Shown here piece by piece: positions 1 through 9,581 of a DNA stretch of 61,592 nucleotides; positions within the stretch are counted from its first letter, which is position 1, and each line of letters begins with the position of its first letter. The position numbers and the translations under genes were made by a program. Source of the DNA: an uncultured Actinomycetes bacterium (GTDB lineage: Bacteria; Actinomycetota; Actinomycetes; S36-B12; GCA-2699445); the NCBI GenBank assembly GCA_964510455.1, contig CAZECO010000003.1, positions 1-61,592 of the forward strand. The letters run 5' to 3'. Below the pieces are notes generated by a model, which was not told where the DNA came from, made no database searches, and saw only the letters and a program-made list of their open reading frames with translations.

Positions 1-110
1 ATCGGTGTGTTGCCGATCGTCTCCAGCACCGATGACAGGATCTGTGTTCCCGGCAGGTGGACGCGCTGTGTGCCGAACCCTGCGGTTCCCGCTGGGGATT
101 CCTTGATCAC
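1..110 (-). CDS. PLP-dependent cysteine synthase / cystathionine beta-synthase family protein, 5' end only (runs off the left edge)
   Basis: Manual translation from GTG at 110 gives MIKESPAGTAGFGTQRVHLPGTQILSSVLETIGNTP. 'SVLETIGNTP' matches the family N-terminal motif. A GGAAGG RBS lies upstream. Not in the ORF track. Confidence 0.7.
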   Translation of the reverse strand, partial: MIKESPAGTAGFGTQRVHLPGTQILSSVLETIGNTP

Positions 111-124
111 GGAACCTTCCCTTC

Positions 125-259
125 TCAGCAGCACGCAGCTGAGCTGATACCCGGACCCGAGACCGGTGGGGCGAGCGCCGACAGCGCCGGCATTTCGGGC
201 GCATCGCCACGGAAGACCCAGTCCTGATCCTGCGTCAGAGGACCTCGCAACCCCACCAT
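125..259 (-). CDS. Leaderless 44-aa short ORF ending in Cys-Cys, candidate leader/attenuator peptide
   Basis: ATG at 259 in the frame of ORF 125..502 reads MVGLRGPLTQDQDWVFRGDAPEMPALSALAPPVSGPGISSAACC*. A TAATCT -10 box lies 7 nt upstream and the stop is 14 nt before the cysteine-synthase-like start. Confidence 0.55.
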   Translation of the reverse strand: MVGLRGPLTQDQDWVFRGDAPEMPALSALAPPVSGPGISSAACC

Positions 260-266
260 GTATATC

Positions 267-272
267 AGATTA
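267..272 (-). promoter_or_regulatory. -10 element (TAATCT) of a probable leaderless promoter
   Basis: TANNNT hexamer in an AT-rich patch, 7 nt upstream of the ATG at 259. Confidence 0.5.
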
Positions 273-425
273 GTAGACAAACGGGAAGGGTGAAGCCAGG
301 TATGACCTCCCGAGTGAGACTGGAGGGACATGCCCCGAGGGTCGGCAAGCGGTCCCGGGCAGTCCGCATTCCTTCGTGCGGCATCGAGGGCGGCGGGGTA
401 GCGTCGGCGGCGGTACCATCGACGG

Positions 426-1733
426 ATGCGTTCCCCGGGCGGCTCGCCGCCTCCAACGGGGCCCTCGATTGACCCGGCGACCCACGAGGTGACCTTCCGC
501 ATCGGGACGGATGTCCGTTGCCGCCCGAGGCGGGTCTGGTACCACCTGCGGGATCATGGGGCCGATCCCACGTTCCACCTCGAGGGCGTCCAATGGGTCG
601 CCAGGATCCCGAGGCCGCCGGTGGCGCGCATGGAGTACCTGGTGATCATGGAATGGCCGGACGGCACTCAGTCGATGGTGCCCGACCCGACGAACCCGCG
701 ACGGGTGCGCTCCGTCTTCGGCGACAAGTCCGAGATCGAGTTCCCCGGCTACAGCCGGCCTTGGTGGTTGTCGGTCGGCGATGCGGCCGATGCCCAGGCG
801 CGCTGGGACGCGGAGGCCCGAACCTTCGTGCCGGTGGCGGTGCGCACCCCTTCGACACCTCAGGATGACCCCGCCATGCGGGTGCCGGCGGCCGGAGAGG
901 TTGTGGTCTCCGTGCGCACTCGCCCCCGGGACTCCGGCGGCGACGATCGGCGCCACTGGGAGCTGGCGAGCTGGGAGGATTCCCCTGGGGCTCCGGTCCC
1001 TGATCGGCGGACGGCTGAGGTCGTCGATGAAGACGCAGCCGTCGCCATCAGCGGGCAGCTGCACGTGCCCGCTGACTCGACCCCCGCCGCGCCGTTGCCT
1101 CTGCTGGTCGTCCACGACGGTCCCGAGTACGCAGACCTCGCACAACTCCTGCGGTACGTGTCGACCCTGGCCGTTATCGAGCCCGGTCTGCGTTGCCGGG
1201 TACTGCTCCTGCAGCCCATCGACCGCGACCGCAGCTACTCCGCCTCGCCCGCCTATGCCCGGGCCCTCGTGAACGGGATGCTGCCCAGGGTGACCGAGGC
1301 ATTCGCCACGTCCGGGCGGCCCGTGGGGATGGGTGCGAGCCTCGGGGGACTGGCGATGCTGCATGCGGCGACCAGCTACCCCGGTACCTTCGCCGGGGTG
1401 TTCAGCCAGGCCGGATCCTTCTTCCGCCCACGCACGGACGGCATGGAGCGCGGCTTTCGCCACTACGACCGGATAGTGCGCTTCGTCGAGGACCTCGACC
1501 TCGATCCCCACCGCCTGGCCGACCTGCTCGTCAGGCTGACCTGCGGCACCGGCGAGGAGAACCTGGCCAATAACCGGTCGCTGGCGCAGCGACTCAACCG
1601 GCTGGGCGTGGCCGTGGAGCTGGTGGAGAATCCCGACGGGCACAACTACACGGCCTGGCGCGACTGCCTGGACCCCGGCCTGCGCCTGTTGTTGCGCGAG
1701 GCGTGGAACGGGACGGGCATCCCTCCCACCTGA
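426..1733 (+). CDS. Enterochelin-esterase-like alpha/beta hydrolase with an N-terminal extra domain
   Basis: Nucleophile motif GASLGG, 'LLVVHDGPEY', 'GTFAGVFSQAGSF' and C-terminal 'DGHNYTAWRD'. Confidence 0.85.
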   Translation: MRSPGGSPPPTGPSIDPATHEVTFRIGTDVRCRPRRVWYHLRDHGADPTFHLEGVQWVARIPRPPVARMEYLVIMEWPDGTQSMVPDPTNPRRVRSVFGDKSEIEFPGYSRPWWLSVGDAADAQARWDAEARTFVPVAVRTPSTPQDDPAMRVPAAGEVVVSVRTRPRDSGGDDRRHWELASWEDSPGAPVPDRRTAEVVDEDAAVAISGQLHVPADSTPAAPLPLLVVHDGPEYADLAQLLRYVSTLAVIEPGLRCRVLLLQPIDRDRSYSASPAYARALVNGMLPRVTEAFATSGRPVGMGASLGGLAMLHAATSYPGTFAGVFSQAGSFFRPRTDGMERGFRHYDRIVRFVEDLDLDPHRLADLLVRLTCGTGEENLANNRSLAQRLNRLGVAVELVENPDGHNYTAWRDCLDPGLRLLLREAWNGTGIPPT

Positions 1734-2052
1734 TACGCGACAGTGGGCGCATGCAGCGCGACAAGTGGCAGGCGTGGTCCCCCAATGCCTCGGGGTGCCG
1801 GACCACATCATGGCTTCCAGCCGCTGGAGTTTCCGTGCTCCACCTCCGCTGCGAGGGTGGCAGCGCCGACGGCGACCACTTGGCATGGTTGCGCCGCCGG
1901 GTATTCATCCAGCCGGCGGTGGGGACCGGCTCGTTCGAGCATCCGTCCCGGGCGCTGCCGGCCTCACGGCCTCTGGTCCATGCGCCGTGGGTCATGGCAG
2001 GGGATGGCCCAGAAGCACATCGCCACGCTCAGCTGGAAGAACCGGAGGAACC

Positions 2053-3342
2053 ATGGACGGCACCACACGATCCCACCTGGTGGGGCTGCTGCTCGGCACG
2101 GAGGACGACTGGCCGACGGCGTTCGAGTCTCTGGTGCGGGCCCTCGGCCCGATCCCGGACGGGCGCGGCACGTCCCACAGGATCACGACCGAACGCACGA
2201 CGATCGAGCCCTTCAACCTTCGAGACCGGCCCCGTCAGGAGTTGGTGATCGACCGGTTGGCCTACTGGTACTACGTGCCCCGCGAGTGGTTGAAGAAGGT
2301 CGCCCTGATGGACGACGTGTACCTGCTCAACAACCCCTTCACGTTCCAGTCGATGGAGAAGCATTCCGCCTACTGCGCGATGATGCGGCTGGGGATGAAG
2401 ATCCCCGAGACCGTGCTGGTTCCCTACAAGAACCCGTTGGACCATGCCAAGTACGCCTACACCGCCGAGCGCTACAACGTGCCCTTCGACCTTGCCGCGC
2501 TCGCCGACGAGGTGGGCTATCCGATGTACATGAAGCCCTTCGACGGGTCGGGCTGGCGGGGCGTTTCGCGCATCGACACGCCGGCCGGCCTGTTCCGCGC
2601 CTACGACGACTCCGGCGAGATGCTGATGCACCTGCAGGCTGCCGAACCCTACGATGTCTTCGCTCGGTCGCTGTCCATCGGACCGGAGACGATGGTCATG
2701 CACTTCCTTCCCGAGCAACCGATGCACGCCCGGTACGCGGTGGACCACAACTTCCTCTCAGCCCAGGCCGGCGACGAGTGCGTCACGATCAGTCGGACGG
2801 TGAACGCCTTCTTCCGGTGGGAGTTCAACTCCTGCGAGATGCTGGTCAGGCGCGGGGCCGATGGTGGACCCGACCAGGTGTTCCCGATCGACTTTGCCAA
2901 CGCCTGTCCGGACGTGGCGATCACTTCGCTGCAGTACTACTTCCCCTGGGCGATGAAAGCGCTGGTCAGGTGGAGCGCCTACTGCCTGGTCACCGAAAGG
3001 CCCACCACGGTGGACATGCAGACCTCCCGGTACTACGAGATAGCCGACCGTGAGGACCTCACATACGAGGAGAAGCTGCCTGGCTACCGGAGGCTCGCGG
3101 ACGAGTACTTCGACGCGGACCGGTACCAGGATTGGTGCGATGCCCGGCTGCGCGACTTCGACGAGATCGCGCTGGAGTGGTTCAGCGGCGCCGAGATGGA
3201 CGCCGTGATCGTCGACACCGTCCGCGCGACCTTCCCGCCGCATGAGCACGACCAGTTCATCGAGCACTACCGGGGCCTGATCGGCTTGTGGTGCCAAGAC
3301 GAGCAGGTGCGCCTGATTCGAGCGGCCGTCGCCGACGCGTGA
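2053..3342 (+). CDS. ATP-grasp domain protein (RimK/glutathione-synthetase-like amidoligase family)
   Basis: ATG at 2053 with a GGAGG RBS. Motifs include 'LLNNPF', 'MKIPETVLVP', 'GYPMYMKPFDGSGWRGVSRI', 'WEFNSCE' and 'IDFANACPD'. Confidence 0.85.
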   Translation: MDGTTRSHLVGLLLGTEDDWPTAFESLVRALGPIPDGRGTSHRITTERTTIEPFNLRDRPRQELVIDRLAYWYYVPREWLKKVALMDDVYLLNNPFTFQSMEKHSAYCAMMRLGMKIPETVLVPYKNPLDHAKYAYTAERYNVPFDLAALADEVGYPMYMKPFDGSGWRGVSRIDTPAGLFRAYDDSGEMLMHLQAAEPYDVFARSLSIGPETMVMHFLPEQPMHARYAVDHNFLSAQAGDECVTISRTVNAFFRWEFNSCEMLVRRGADGGPDQVFPIDFANACPDVAITSLQYYFPWAMKALVRWSAYCLVTERPTTVDMQTSRYYEIADREDLTYEEKLPGYRRLADEYFDADRYQDWCDARLRDFDEIALEWFSGAEMDAVIVDTVRATFPPHEHDQFIEHYRGLIGLWCQDEQVRLIRAAVADA

Positions 3343-3724
3343 GGACCTACGCGGCGGCGGGCGCGCGGAGGCGGCCCGCTTGCCGAGAGGCTCGGGCATG
3401 CGTCGCGACACCTGGGCTCTTCGACGTCCCAGAGTTGGCCCACTCCGGCAACGTCATCGGATACGGCCATCGGGACGGCCCGTGCTGTCCTCCCCTCCGA
3501 AGCAGGTAGCCCGCCTGCGTGGGACCACGCTGCAACCCTCGCGGATGGCCTGTCGTTGTTGGGTGCGGTTCAGGAATTCTGGACCCGCAGGGTTGCGCGG
3601 AGGACCACGCGGTCACTGTGGGGACCGGAGTGAAGGTTCGGCCCATCCCGATCTCCGCTGCCCTGTGCTTGATCGCTACTAGGTCCACATCCTGCGTTTC
3701 GATGAGAACCGCATCCGCGCGGCT

Positions 3725-4100
3725 ATGGCAAGCAATCACGGCCTCGGTCGGCCGGCGCTGCGGCCGCTGCTGGCTGAACTCGCTTCAGATCAGGATCCGG
3801 AGCACTTCCTGCGGTACGACCTGCGACGCATGCGAGGTCTGGGATCGGCCGCACATTGGGTTCCCGCCAGCCTCGACCATCCGCTGCTCGGTCCCCTTGT
3901 GGCTGCACTGACGGGTAAGCCGAATGTGATGGCGGCTGCATCGCGGCACGGGGACCCGTTGGTCCGACTCGGACTGGTGGGCAACCCCGCGGTGCATGCG
4001 GACACGGTCCAGGCGCTGCTGGGGGACCTGGAGTCGGACGTCCATTGCACCGCGGGAGCGCGTCATGGGTGCGCTGATGGTGGCGTAGGGCCAACTGGCA
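3725..4100 (+). pseudogene. Possible fragment of a helical-repeat (LRV/HEAT-like) protein
   Basis: 'DPLVRLGLVGNPAVHADTVQALLGDLESDVH' looks repeat-like; the rest of the ORF does not look like real coding sequence. Confidence 0.25.
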
Positions 4101-4319
4101 TGCTGCGGCAGCCCAATCCGGGGCATGCGCACAACTGCGGGGGATTTCGTCCCGCTGGTCTGTCGGGACTCCACGGCATCATGGAGGCAGGTCAAGAGTG
4201 GACAGCGCCAACGCCCTCCGGCGAGCTGTCCCGGCAACCGGAGCCTCGGCACGGTGCCCCCGGAGGAAGACCGGCCCCACCGGAAGGCGGTGGGGAACCG
4301 ACGGCACCGGGAGTCATCC

Positions 4320-5375
4320 ATGTCCCCACGAACCCGCCTGGCCCTCGCGGCCGGTTTCAACCCACAGTCCCTGCCCGATGCCGCACCGCCTGTGCCGAAC
4401 GCACGGCCGTGGCAGTGGCTGGCCGAACGGGGCGCCGCCCCCGCCGAGCGCCCGGTTAAGGACGAGCGGCGGGGCATCGTTAGCCGCATCTTTCGCCGCC
4501 TCGAGCCGAGCCCTCAGCCCCTCGAACCCACCGAGCTCGAGACGTACCTCGCACGGTTCGTCGCCGGCTTCGGGACCGTGGATCCGTCCGACCGGAACCT
4601 GGCCGTGCGTCCGCTGCCCCGCGAGCAGGTGATCGCCAGCCACCTCGACCAGGACGTGGTCTTCGACTTCGACGGCGCCCCGCGCGTGACGGTCCGGCTG
4701 TCCGCGGCCGAGCCCGACGGGGCTGAGGGAACGTTCCCCTTCACCGGCCCGGTGGCCATCGTCGGCACGGTGCCGCCCGCAAGCAAGGCGGTGGAGGTGC
4801 TCGGCAGGAACCTGCGTGAGGAGCTGCAGGCGCACCTCGACGACAAGGGCATCGGGCATGAGCGGGCGGTCGCCGTGGACCGCGACCGCCGGTGGCTGGA
4901 GGACGCACTGATCGTGGACTACAGCAACGCTGCCGCGGTGCGGTTCGCGGCGGGCTTGTTCCTGCAGCCGTACCTCACGGTGTGGCGCTGCGAGGACGGC
5001 AGGTCGGTCCTGGACGTGGTGGACCTGGCGCGGTGGCCCGAGGAGGCCGTGGTCGCCACCGGGCACGCGGCCCTGGGCCGGCTCGCGCACCGGCCCTGCC
5101 CGCTGATCCCGGGCGCCGGCAGCGCCGACCTGTGCAAGATGCACGGGGGTCCGTACGTCTCCCGTTCGATCACGGCGGCGGCGCGTTGGGAGCGGAAACG
5201 CGCCCGCATGCTCTCAGCTCTGGGCTGCGACACCTGCGGCGACGGCGCGATCAAACTGTTCGGAGGCAGATGCGTCCGCGTCCTCAACGGCGGCCGGAGC
5301 ACCCAGGACGCCCGTCTCGACCCAGGCACCCAGTCACGGCACGACGAACTCGTCGCCTCGCCGGACAAGGACTGA
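4320..5375 (+). CDS. Hypothetical protein with a C-terminal Cys/His cluster
   Basis: Long ORF with GC-biased codons and ATG at 4320 after GGGAG. The C-terminus contains CPLIP...LCKMH...CDTC. Confidence 0.6.
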   Translation: MSPRTRLALAAGFNPQSLPDAAPPVPNARPWQWLAERGAAPAERPVKDERRGIVSRIFRRLEPSPQPLEPTELETYLARFVAGFGTVDPSDRNLAVRPLPREQVIASHLDQDVVFDFDGAPRVTVRLSAAEPDGAEGTFPFTGPVAIVGTVPPASKAVEVLGRNLREELQAHLDDKGIGHERAVAVDRDRRWLEDALIVDYSNAAAVRFAAGLFLQPYLTVWRCEDGRSVLDVVDLARWPEEAVVATGHAALGRLAHRPCPLIPGAGSADLCKMHGGPYVSRSITAAARWERKRARMLSALGCDTCGDGAIKLFGGRCVRVLNGGRSTQDARLDPGTQSRHDELVASPDKD

Positions 5376-5595
5376 TCGTCGACGGGAGGGGGCCGCGAGG
5401 CCGCCGGGCCCGAGCGCACCAGGAGATTCAGATGGTCGAGGAAGAACTCGCGGTGGACTGCAGTGAGGAATCGGCGGGGCGCCCCTTCCGCCGCGACTGC
5501 TGTCCGGGTCCGGGGCATCTCGCCGGTCACTGGCCGGGAAGGAAGTGGAAATCGATGAGCAAGGGTGCCCGTATCGCCTCTGCGAGACTCGGATC

Positions 5596-6087
5596 ATGGA
5601 CGGGTTGAGAGATCTTCGGATGTACGCCATCCGAGAGGCACTCGATGAGATCGTGGGCGCTGACCAGTTGGTCGACGCGGCTGTGCGTGCACTGATCGAG
5701 GGTGTCGATTCGCCATCTCTTCCGTTGCTCGCAGGTCTGTCGCGGCGTGAAGAGGGCGATGCGCACGACTTGTTCCGTGCAGTCACCGTTGAGTTGGACC
5801 TAGCGCCGCCCGAGCCGCTCAACACGCGGGCCGAGCGCTGGAACCTCGTGCGCTGGCTGTGCCAGACCATCGTCGACGAGACCGTCGAGCCCGAGGTTGC
5901 CGGGCGACTGATCTGGTACCAAGGGTGGCATGAGTTGGACTATCCCGAGGCGCTTCAGCCAATGGTGGGATGGGTTAGTGAATGGGACGACTGGAGCCCG
6001 TCGTGGGACGTGAACAGAGACCACTATCGGCAGTTGATAGTTCAGGAGGCTCAGACCTTGCTCGGTGGGTCCTGGCCGCCCGAGTGA
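5596..6087 (+). CDS. Hypothetical acidic helical protein
   Basis: Protein-like composition ('LVDAAVRALIEGVDSPSLPLLAGL...EWDDWSP'); start codon uncertain. Confidence 0.6.
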   Translation: MDGLRDLRMYAIREALDEIVGADQLVDAAVRALIEGVDSPSLPLLAGLSRREEGDAHDLFRAVTVELDLAPPEPLNTRAERWNLVRWLCQTIVDETVEPEVAGRLIWYQGWHELDYPEALQPMVGWVSEWDDWSPSWDVNRDHYRQLIVQEAQTLLGGSWPPE

Positions 6088-6404
6088 CAGTCCTCCCGCC
6101 GTCGCCAGCGCCGCCGAGAAGGTGCGTCTTTTCGCCGCGAAGGACTGAAGCGGGGGAACGAGCTCCCGGGCCTTCTACCTCCCATAACAATAAGTCCGGG
6201 ATGAATGCGCGCCCTGCATAAGCGATGCCTAGCGAGGCGTGCAGGTCACCGTACGCCGCTCCTCGCTGTGGCGGGGGAGGTGGCGGCCGGCAGGCAGAGA
6301 ACAGAAGTGGGTTGGTTCGGGCTAGGACACGATCCAGCGGCTTGATCCAGGTGGGGTCGTGCCTCGGGGGTTAGCACGTCTCGATCCGTTTCCGCACCCG
6401 TTGA

Positions 6405-7996
6405 AGTTGTGTCCCCGATAGTGGTGTAGCGCGGTTGTTGTGATCGTCGTTCGGCATGTCGCCGACGATGGGCGCGGCCATCGCGTGATCCTTCGAGTGA
6501 ACCGTTCAGAGCACTCTCAAAGGAGCATCACGATGACCGCACCTCACATTCTCAACCCTGCTGGTGTTTTGGACCAGGCCCTGTCGGACGCGTCGCCGGA
6601 TCTGATGCGCGATCTGCTGTCGACGGTGATCAACGCGCTGCTGTCGGCCGAGGCCGACGCGGTGTGCGGCGCCGAGTGGGGCCGGCCCAGCGCGGATAGG
6701 GTGAACCGGCGCAACGGGTACCGGCACCGGGAGCTGGACACCCGGGCGGGCACGATCGACGTGGCGATCCCGAAGCTGCGGACCGGTTCGTACTTCCCGG
6801 AGTGGCTGCTGGAGCGGCGCAAGCGCGCGGAGGCCGCGCTGATCAGCGTGGTGGCGACCTGCTACTTGCTGGGCGTCTCGACCCGCCGGATGGACAAGCT
6901 GGTGCAGTCGCTGGGCATCACCGGCCTGTCGAAGTCGCAGGTCTCGCGGATGGCCGCCGACCTCGACGAGCAGGTGGCCGCGTTCCGGACCCGTCCGCTG
7001 GGCGACGCCGGGCCGTTCACGTTCGTGGCCGCGGACGCATTGACGATGAAGGTCCGCGAGCACGGCAGGGTGGTCAACGCGGTCGTGCTCGTCGCCACGG
7101 GGGTGAACGCCGACGGGCACCGCGAGGTGCTGGGCGTGAAGGTCGCCACCAGCGAGACCAAGCAGGCGTGGAACACGTTCTTCGCCGACCTGGTCGCCCG
7201 CGGCCTGACCGGGGTCCGGCTGGTCACCTCCGACGCGCACGCCGGGCTGGTCGAGGCGATCGCGGCGAACCTGCCCGGCGCGTCGTGGCAGCGGTGCCGG
7301 ACGCACTACGCCGCGAACCTCATGAGCGAGTGCCCCAAATCCGCGTGGCCGGCGGTCAAGGCGATGCTGCATAGCGTCTACGACCAGCCCGACGCACCCG
7401 CGGTGCACGCCCAGTACGACAAGCTGCTCGCCTCGGTCGCCGACAAGCTGCCCGACGTGGCCGAGCACCTCGACAGCGCGCGGGCCGACGTGCTGGCGTT
7501 CACCGCCTTCCCCAAGGCGATCTGGCGCCAGATCTGGTCGAACAACCCCAACGAGCGCCTTAACCGGGAGATCCGGCGCAGGACCGACGTGGTGGGCATC
7601 TTCCCCGACCGGGACGCGGTCACCCGCCTGGTCGGGGCCGTGCTCGCCGAACAGCACGACGACTGGATCGAGGGACGGCGCTACTTCTCCCTCGACGTCC
7701 TGGCCCGCGCCCGGACGGCCGAACCGCCCGCCCTGCCCGCACCCGCCCTCGACACGGACCTGGAGCCGGCCGCATGACGCACACCCCGAACAGCCGCGAA
7801 GACGACCTCGCACGCCTCGCCGCCGGCCTCGAGACCGGCTTCTGGGACGACCTCGGCCGACCCGCGCCCTGGCCCGACGACTTCGATGAATGGAGGCCGA
7901 CCAGCAGCGAACCCCTCACACCCGAACCCGGCCAAAACCCCTTCTAGCCAAACCCACTCGAAGAATCAGCCGTACACCACGCCCAGGGACTTGACC
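6405..7996 (+). mobile_element. IS256-family insertion sequence, apparently complete
   Basis: Imperfect terminal inverted repeats (6406-6428 vs 7973-7995, 16/23 match). An 8-bp direct repeat CCCGTTGA flanks it at 6397-6404 and 7997-8004. Confidence 0.9.
6533..7777 (+). CDS. IS256-family (Mutator) DDE transposase
   Basis: 'RNGYRHR', '[14 protein letters not shown]', '[10 protein letters not shown]', 'WQRCRTHY' and '[17 protein letters not shown]'; AGGAG RBS before the ATG at 6533. Confidence 0.97.
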   Translation: MTAPHILNPAGVLDQALSDASPDLMRDLLSTVINALLSAEADAVCGAEWGRPSADRVNRRNGYRHRELDTRAGTIDVAIPKLRTGSYFPEWLLERRKRAEAALISVVATCYLLGVSTRRMDKLVQSLGITGLSKSQVSRMAADLDEQVAAFRTRPLGDAGPFTFVAADALTMKVREHGRVVNAVVLVATGVNADGHREVLGVKVATSETKQAWNTFFADLVARGLTGVRLVTSDAHAGLVEAIAANLPGASWQRCRTHYAANLMSECPKSAWPAVKAMLHSVYDQPDAPAVHAQYDKLLASVADKLPDVAEHLDSARADVLAFTAFPKAIWRQIWSNNPNERLNREIRRRTDVVGIFPDRDAVTRLVGAVLAEQHDDWIEGRRYFSLDVLARARTAEPPALPAPALDTDLEPAA

Positions 7997-8000
7997 CCCG

Positions 8001-8029
8001 TTGACAACCGGGATCGGCGCCCGTAGGTG
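8001..8029 (+). promoter_or_regulatory. Sigma-70-type promoter: TTGACA, 17 bp, TAGGTG, with ATG 5 nt downstream
   Basis: Perfect -35 at 8001-8006, TAGGTG at 8024-8029 and ATG at 8035. The -35 overlaps the right IS256 target duplication. Confidence 0.55.
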
Positions 8030-8034
8030 TACCC

Positions 8035-8420
8035 ATGCCGCAGCCAGCAGCCGTCGTCCAACGACTCCAAGCCGGAGTGCAAGGAGAATAGCTCCGAGAC
8101 CACCACACCGCGGACGCCTTCACGATCGAGCGCCCGAACCTGATCAAGTCGAACGGCGCGACGACTTCCCTGGAGGGAACCTTCGCCAACTCCACTGCAG
8201 GCGCGGGCATGCTCCGCGAGCAGCGCTACGACGTGATCGACATCGTGGAAAGCGGGGACACCGCCATCCTCCGGCTGACGGGACCGGTGTGATCGGCCAG
8301 ACGATCGGCCCCTTCGTCGAAGGTCAAGTGCTGACCGCGCATCGCACAGTTCGTTCGCGTTGAGGATGATCGGATCGCATCCATCGAGACCTACGACTGC
8401 TGTGAGCCGATTGCCAGACG
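8035..8420 (+). pseudogene. SnoaL/NTF2-like protein, disrupted
   Basis: In-frame TAG at 8089 plus frameshifts. Pieces read 'MLREQRYDVIDIVESGDTAILRL(W)TGVIG...HIAQFVRVEDDRIASIETYDC'. Confidence 0.75.
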
Positions 8421-8647
8421 CCGACCTGCCGAACCACAGGCCTGATTTCTGGGGGAGGAGAGGGGGCGGCCCCCGGCGGAGATCTTTCCATCTCGTGGTC
8501 ACGGAGTGCCTGGCTCGCTTTGTGGCTGCACCAGTGCCCTTTCAGCCGCATCCGTCAGGTGGGGGTGGCACCAACTCCGACATCAACTCGTCCGGGACGG
8601 CGAGCGCCCGGTGAGGCCGGGTCGGGCAGCAAGCGGAGCTACACGAT

Positions 8648-8920
8648 GACTCACACCGCGACGCTCAGCAGGTCGCTCGAAAGTGCTGGCCTGGTCGAAA
8701 TCCCTTGCCCCGCAACGGATTTCACCCGAGCGGACGAGGGGACTCGAACCCCTAACCCCTGTTCACAAGTCGACTCCACCCCTGTTCGTCAACGTCCGGC
8801 GCCGTGCGGGTGGGTACGCGAAATGCGTTGCGGCACACGGGATTTCGTCCATCGTCATCCGCCTGCGACCGGCGGCGTTCCGCGACGCTTGTCCTTTGGA
8901 GGACTCACAGATGACTCACA
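8648..8920 (-). other. attP-like site 1: degenerate tRNA-Thr 3'-half core (8728-8769) with GACTCACA arm-type repeats
   Basis: The core's reverse complement is CTTGTGAACAGGGGTTAGGGGTTCGAGTCCCCTCGTCCGCTC. GACTCACA occurs at 8648, 8902 and 8913. Confidence 0.75.
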
Positions 8921-8934
8921 GAAGGCGGCGTCAC

Positions 8935-9070
8935 AGCGAGACCGAAGCATCTGGACCGAGTTCCTGCGCGACCTCCGTCGCCGCGGTCCACGGGGTTCCA
9001 GTTGGTCGTCTCCGATGCCCACACCGGACTGAAGGCCGCGATCAACACGGTGCTGCAGGGAGCGGCCGGG
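8935..9070 (+). pseudogene. IS256 transposase internal fragment
   Basis: Frameshifted 'SETE..WTEFLRDLRRRG...VVSDAHTGLKAAINTVLQGA..QR'. Confidence 0.75.
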
Positions 9071-9260
9071 CAGCGGTCATCCGTGACATGGGAAAGTGGC
9101 GGTCCTGGGGCCAGCGTCGCGGCTGGCGGGATGGCCCCTGGTTCACCTCCGCCCGTTGGGAGAGGACCTTGGCAACGTGACCCGGTGAGGTCCAGCGGCG
9201 GGTCTGGCACCCCCGGCAGACAGGTTGCCGCGTAGAACTCTCACGTTCTATGCTATCCCC

Positions 9261-9581
9261 GTGGACCAAGGCTGGGAGGTCATCCTCGAACCCGAGGTGA
9301 GCGCCTGGATCCTGGGCCTACCCGACATGCTCGCCCAGGGCGGACCCGGGCTGGGCCGGCCGTTGGTCGACTCGATCACCGGCAGTCGACACCAGAACAT
9401 GAAGGAGTTGCGGGTCGGCACCTGCCGGATCCTGTTCGCTTTCGACCCGACCAGGAACGCGATCCTGCTGGTCGCCGGCGACAAACGCGGCCAATGGCGC
9501 ACCTGGTACCCAGCAGCCATCGCCCTTGCCGACCAACGATTCGATGACTGGCTCAAGCACTTGAAAGGCGGCACACCATGA
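9261..9581 (+). CDS. Type II TA toxin, RelE/ParE-like (phage Gp49/HigB-like)
   Basis: 'GPGLGRPLVDSITGSRHQNMKELR..RILFAFDPTRNAILLVAGDK'; overlaps the downstream XRE gene by 4 nt. Confidence 0.85.
   Translation: MDQGWEVILEPEVSAWILGLPDMLAQGGPGLGRPLVDSITGSRHQNMKELRVGTCRILFAFDPTRNAILLVAGDKRGQWRTWYPAAIALADQRFDDWLKHLKGGTP

Larger units (their letters stand above)
8156..9162 (+). repeat. ~1-kb diverged direct repeat, copy 1 (SnoaL fragment + att-like site + IS256 fragment)
   Basis: Aligns by eye, co-linearly, with 47741-48759. Confidence 0.9.

Noticed and set aside
8728-8769. Functional tRNA genes at the three Thr-like cores and at 13801
   Set aside because: Only 3' halves are present; there is no D-arm or matching 5' acceptor strand. 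They are reported as att-like sites instead.
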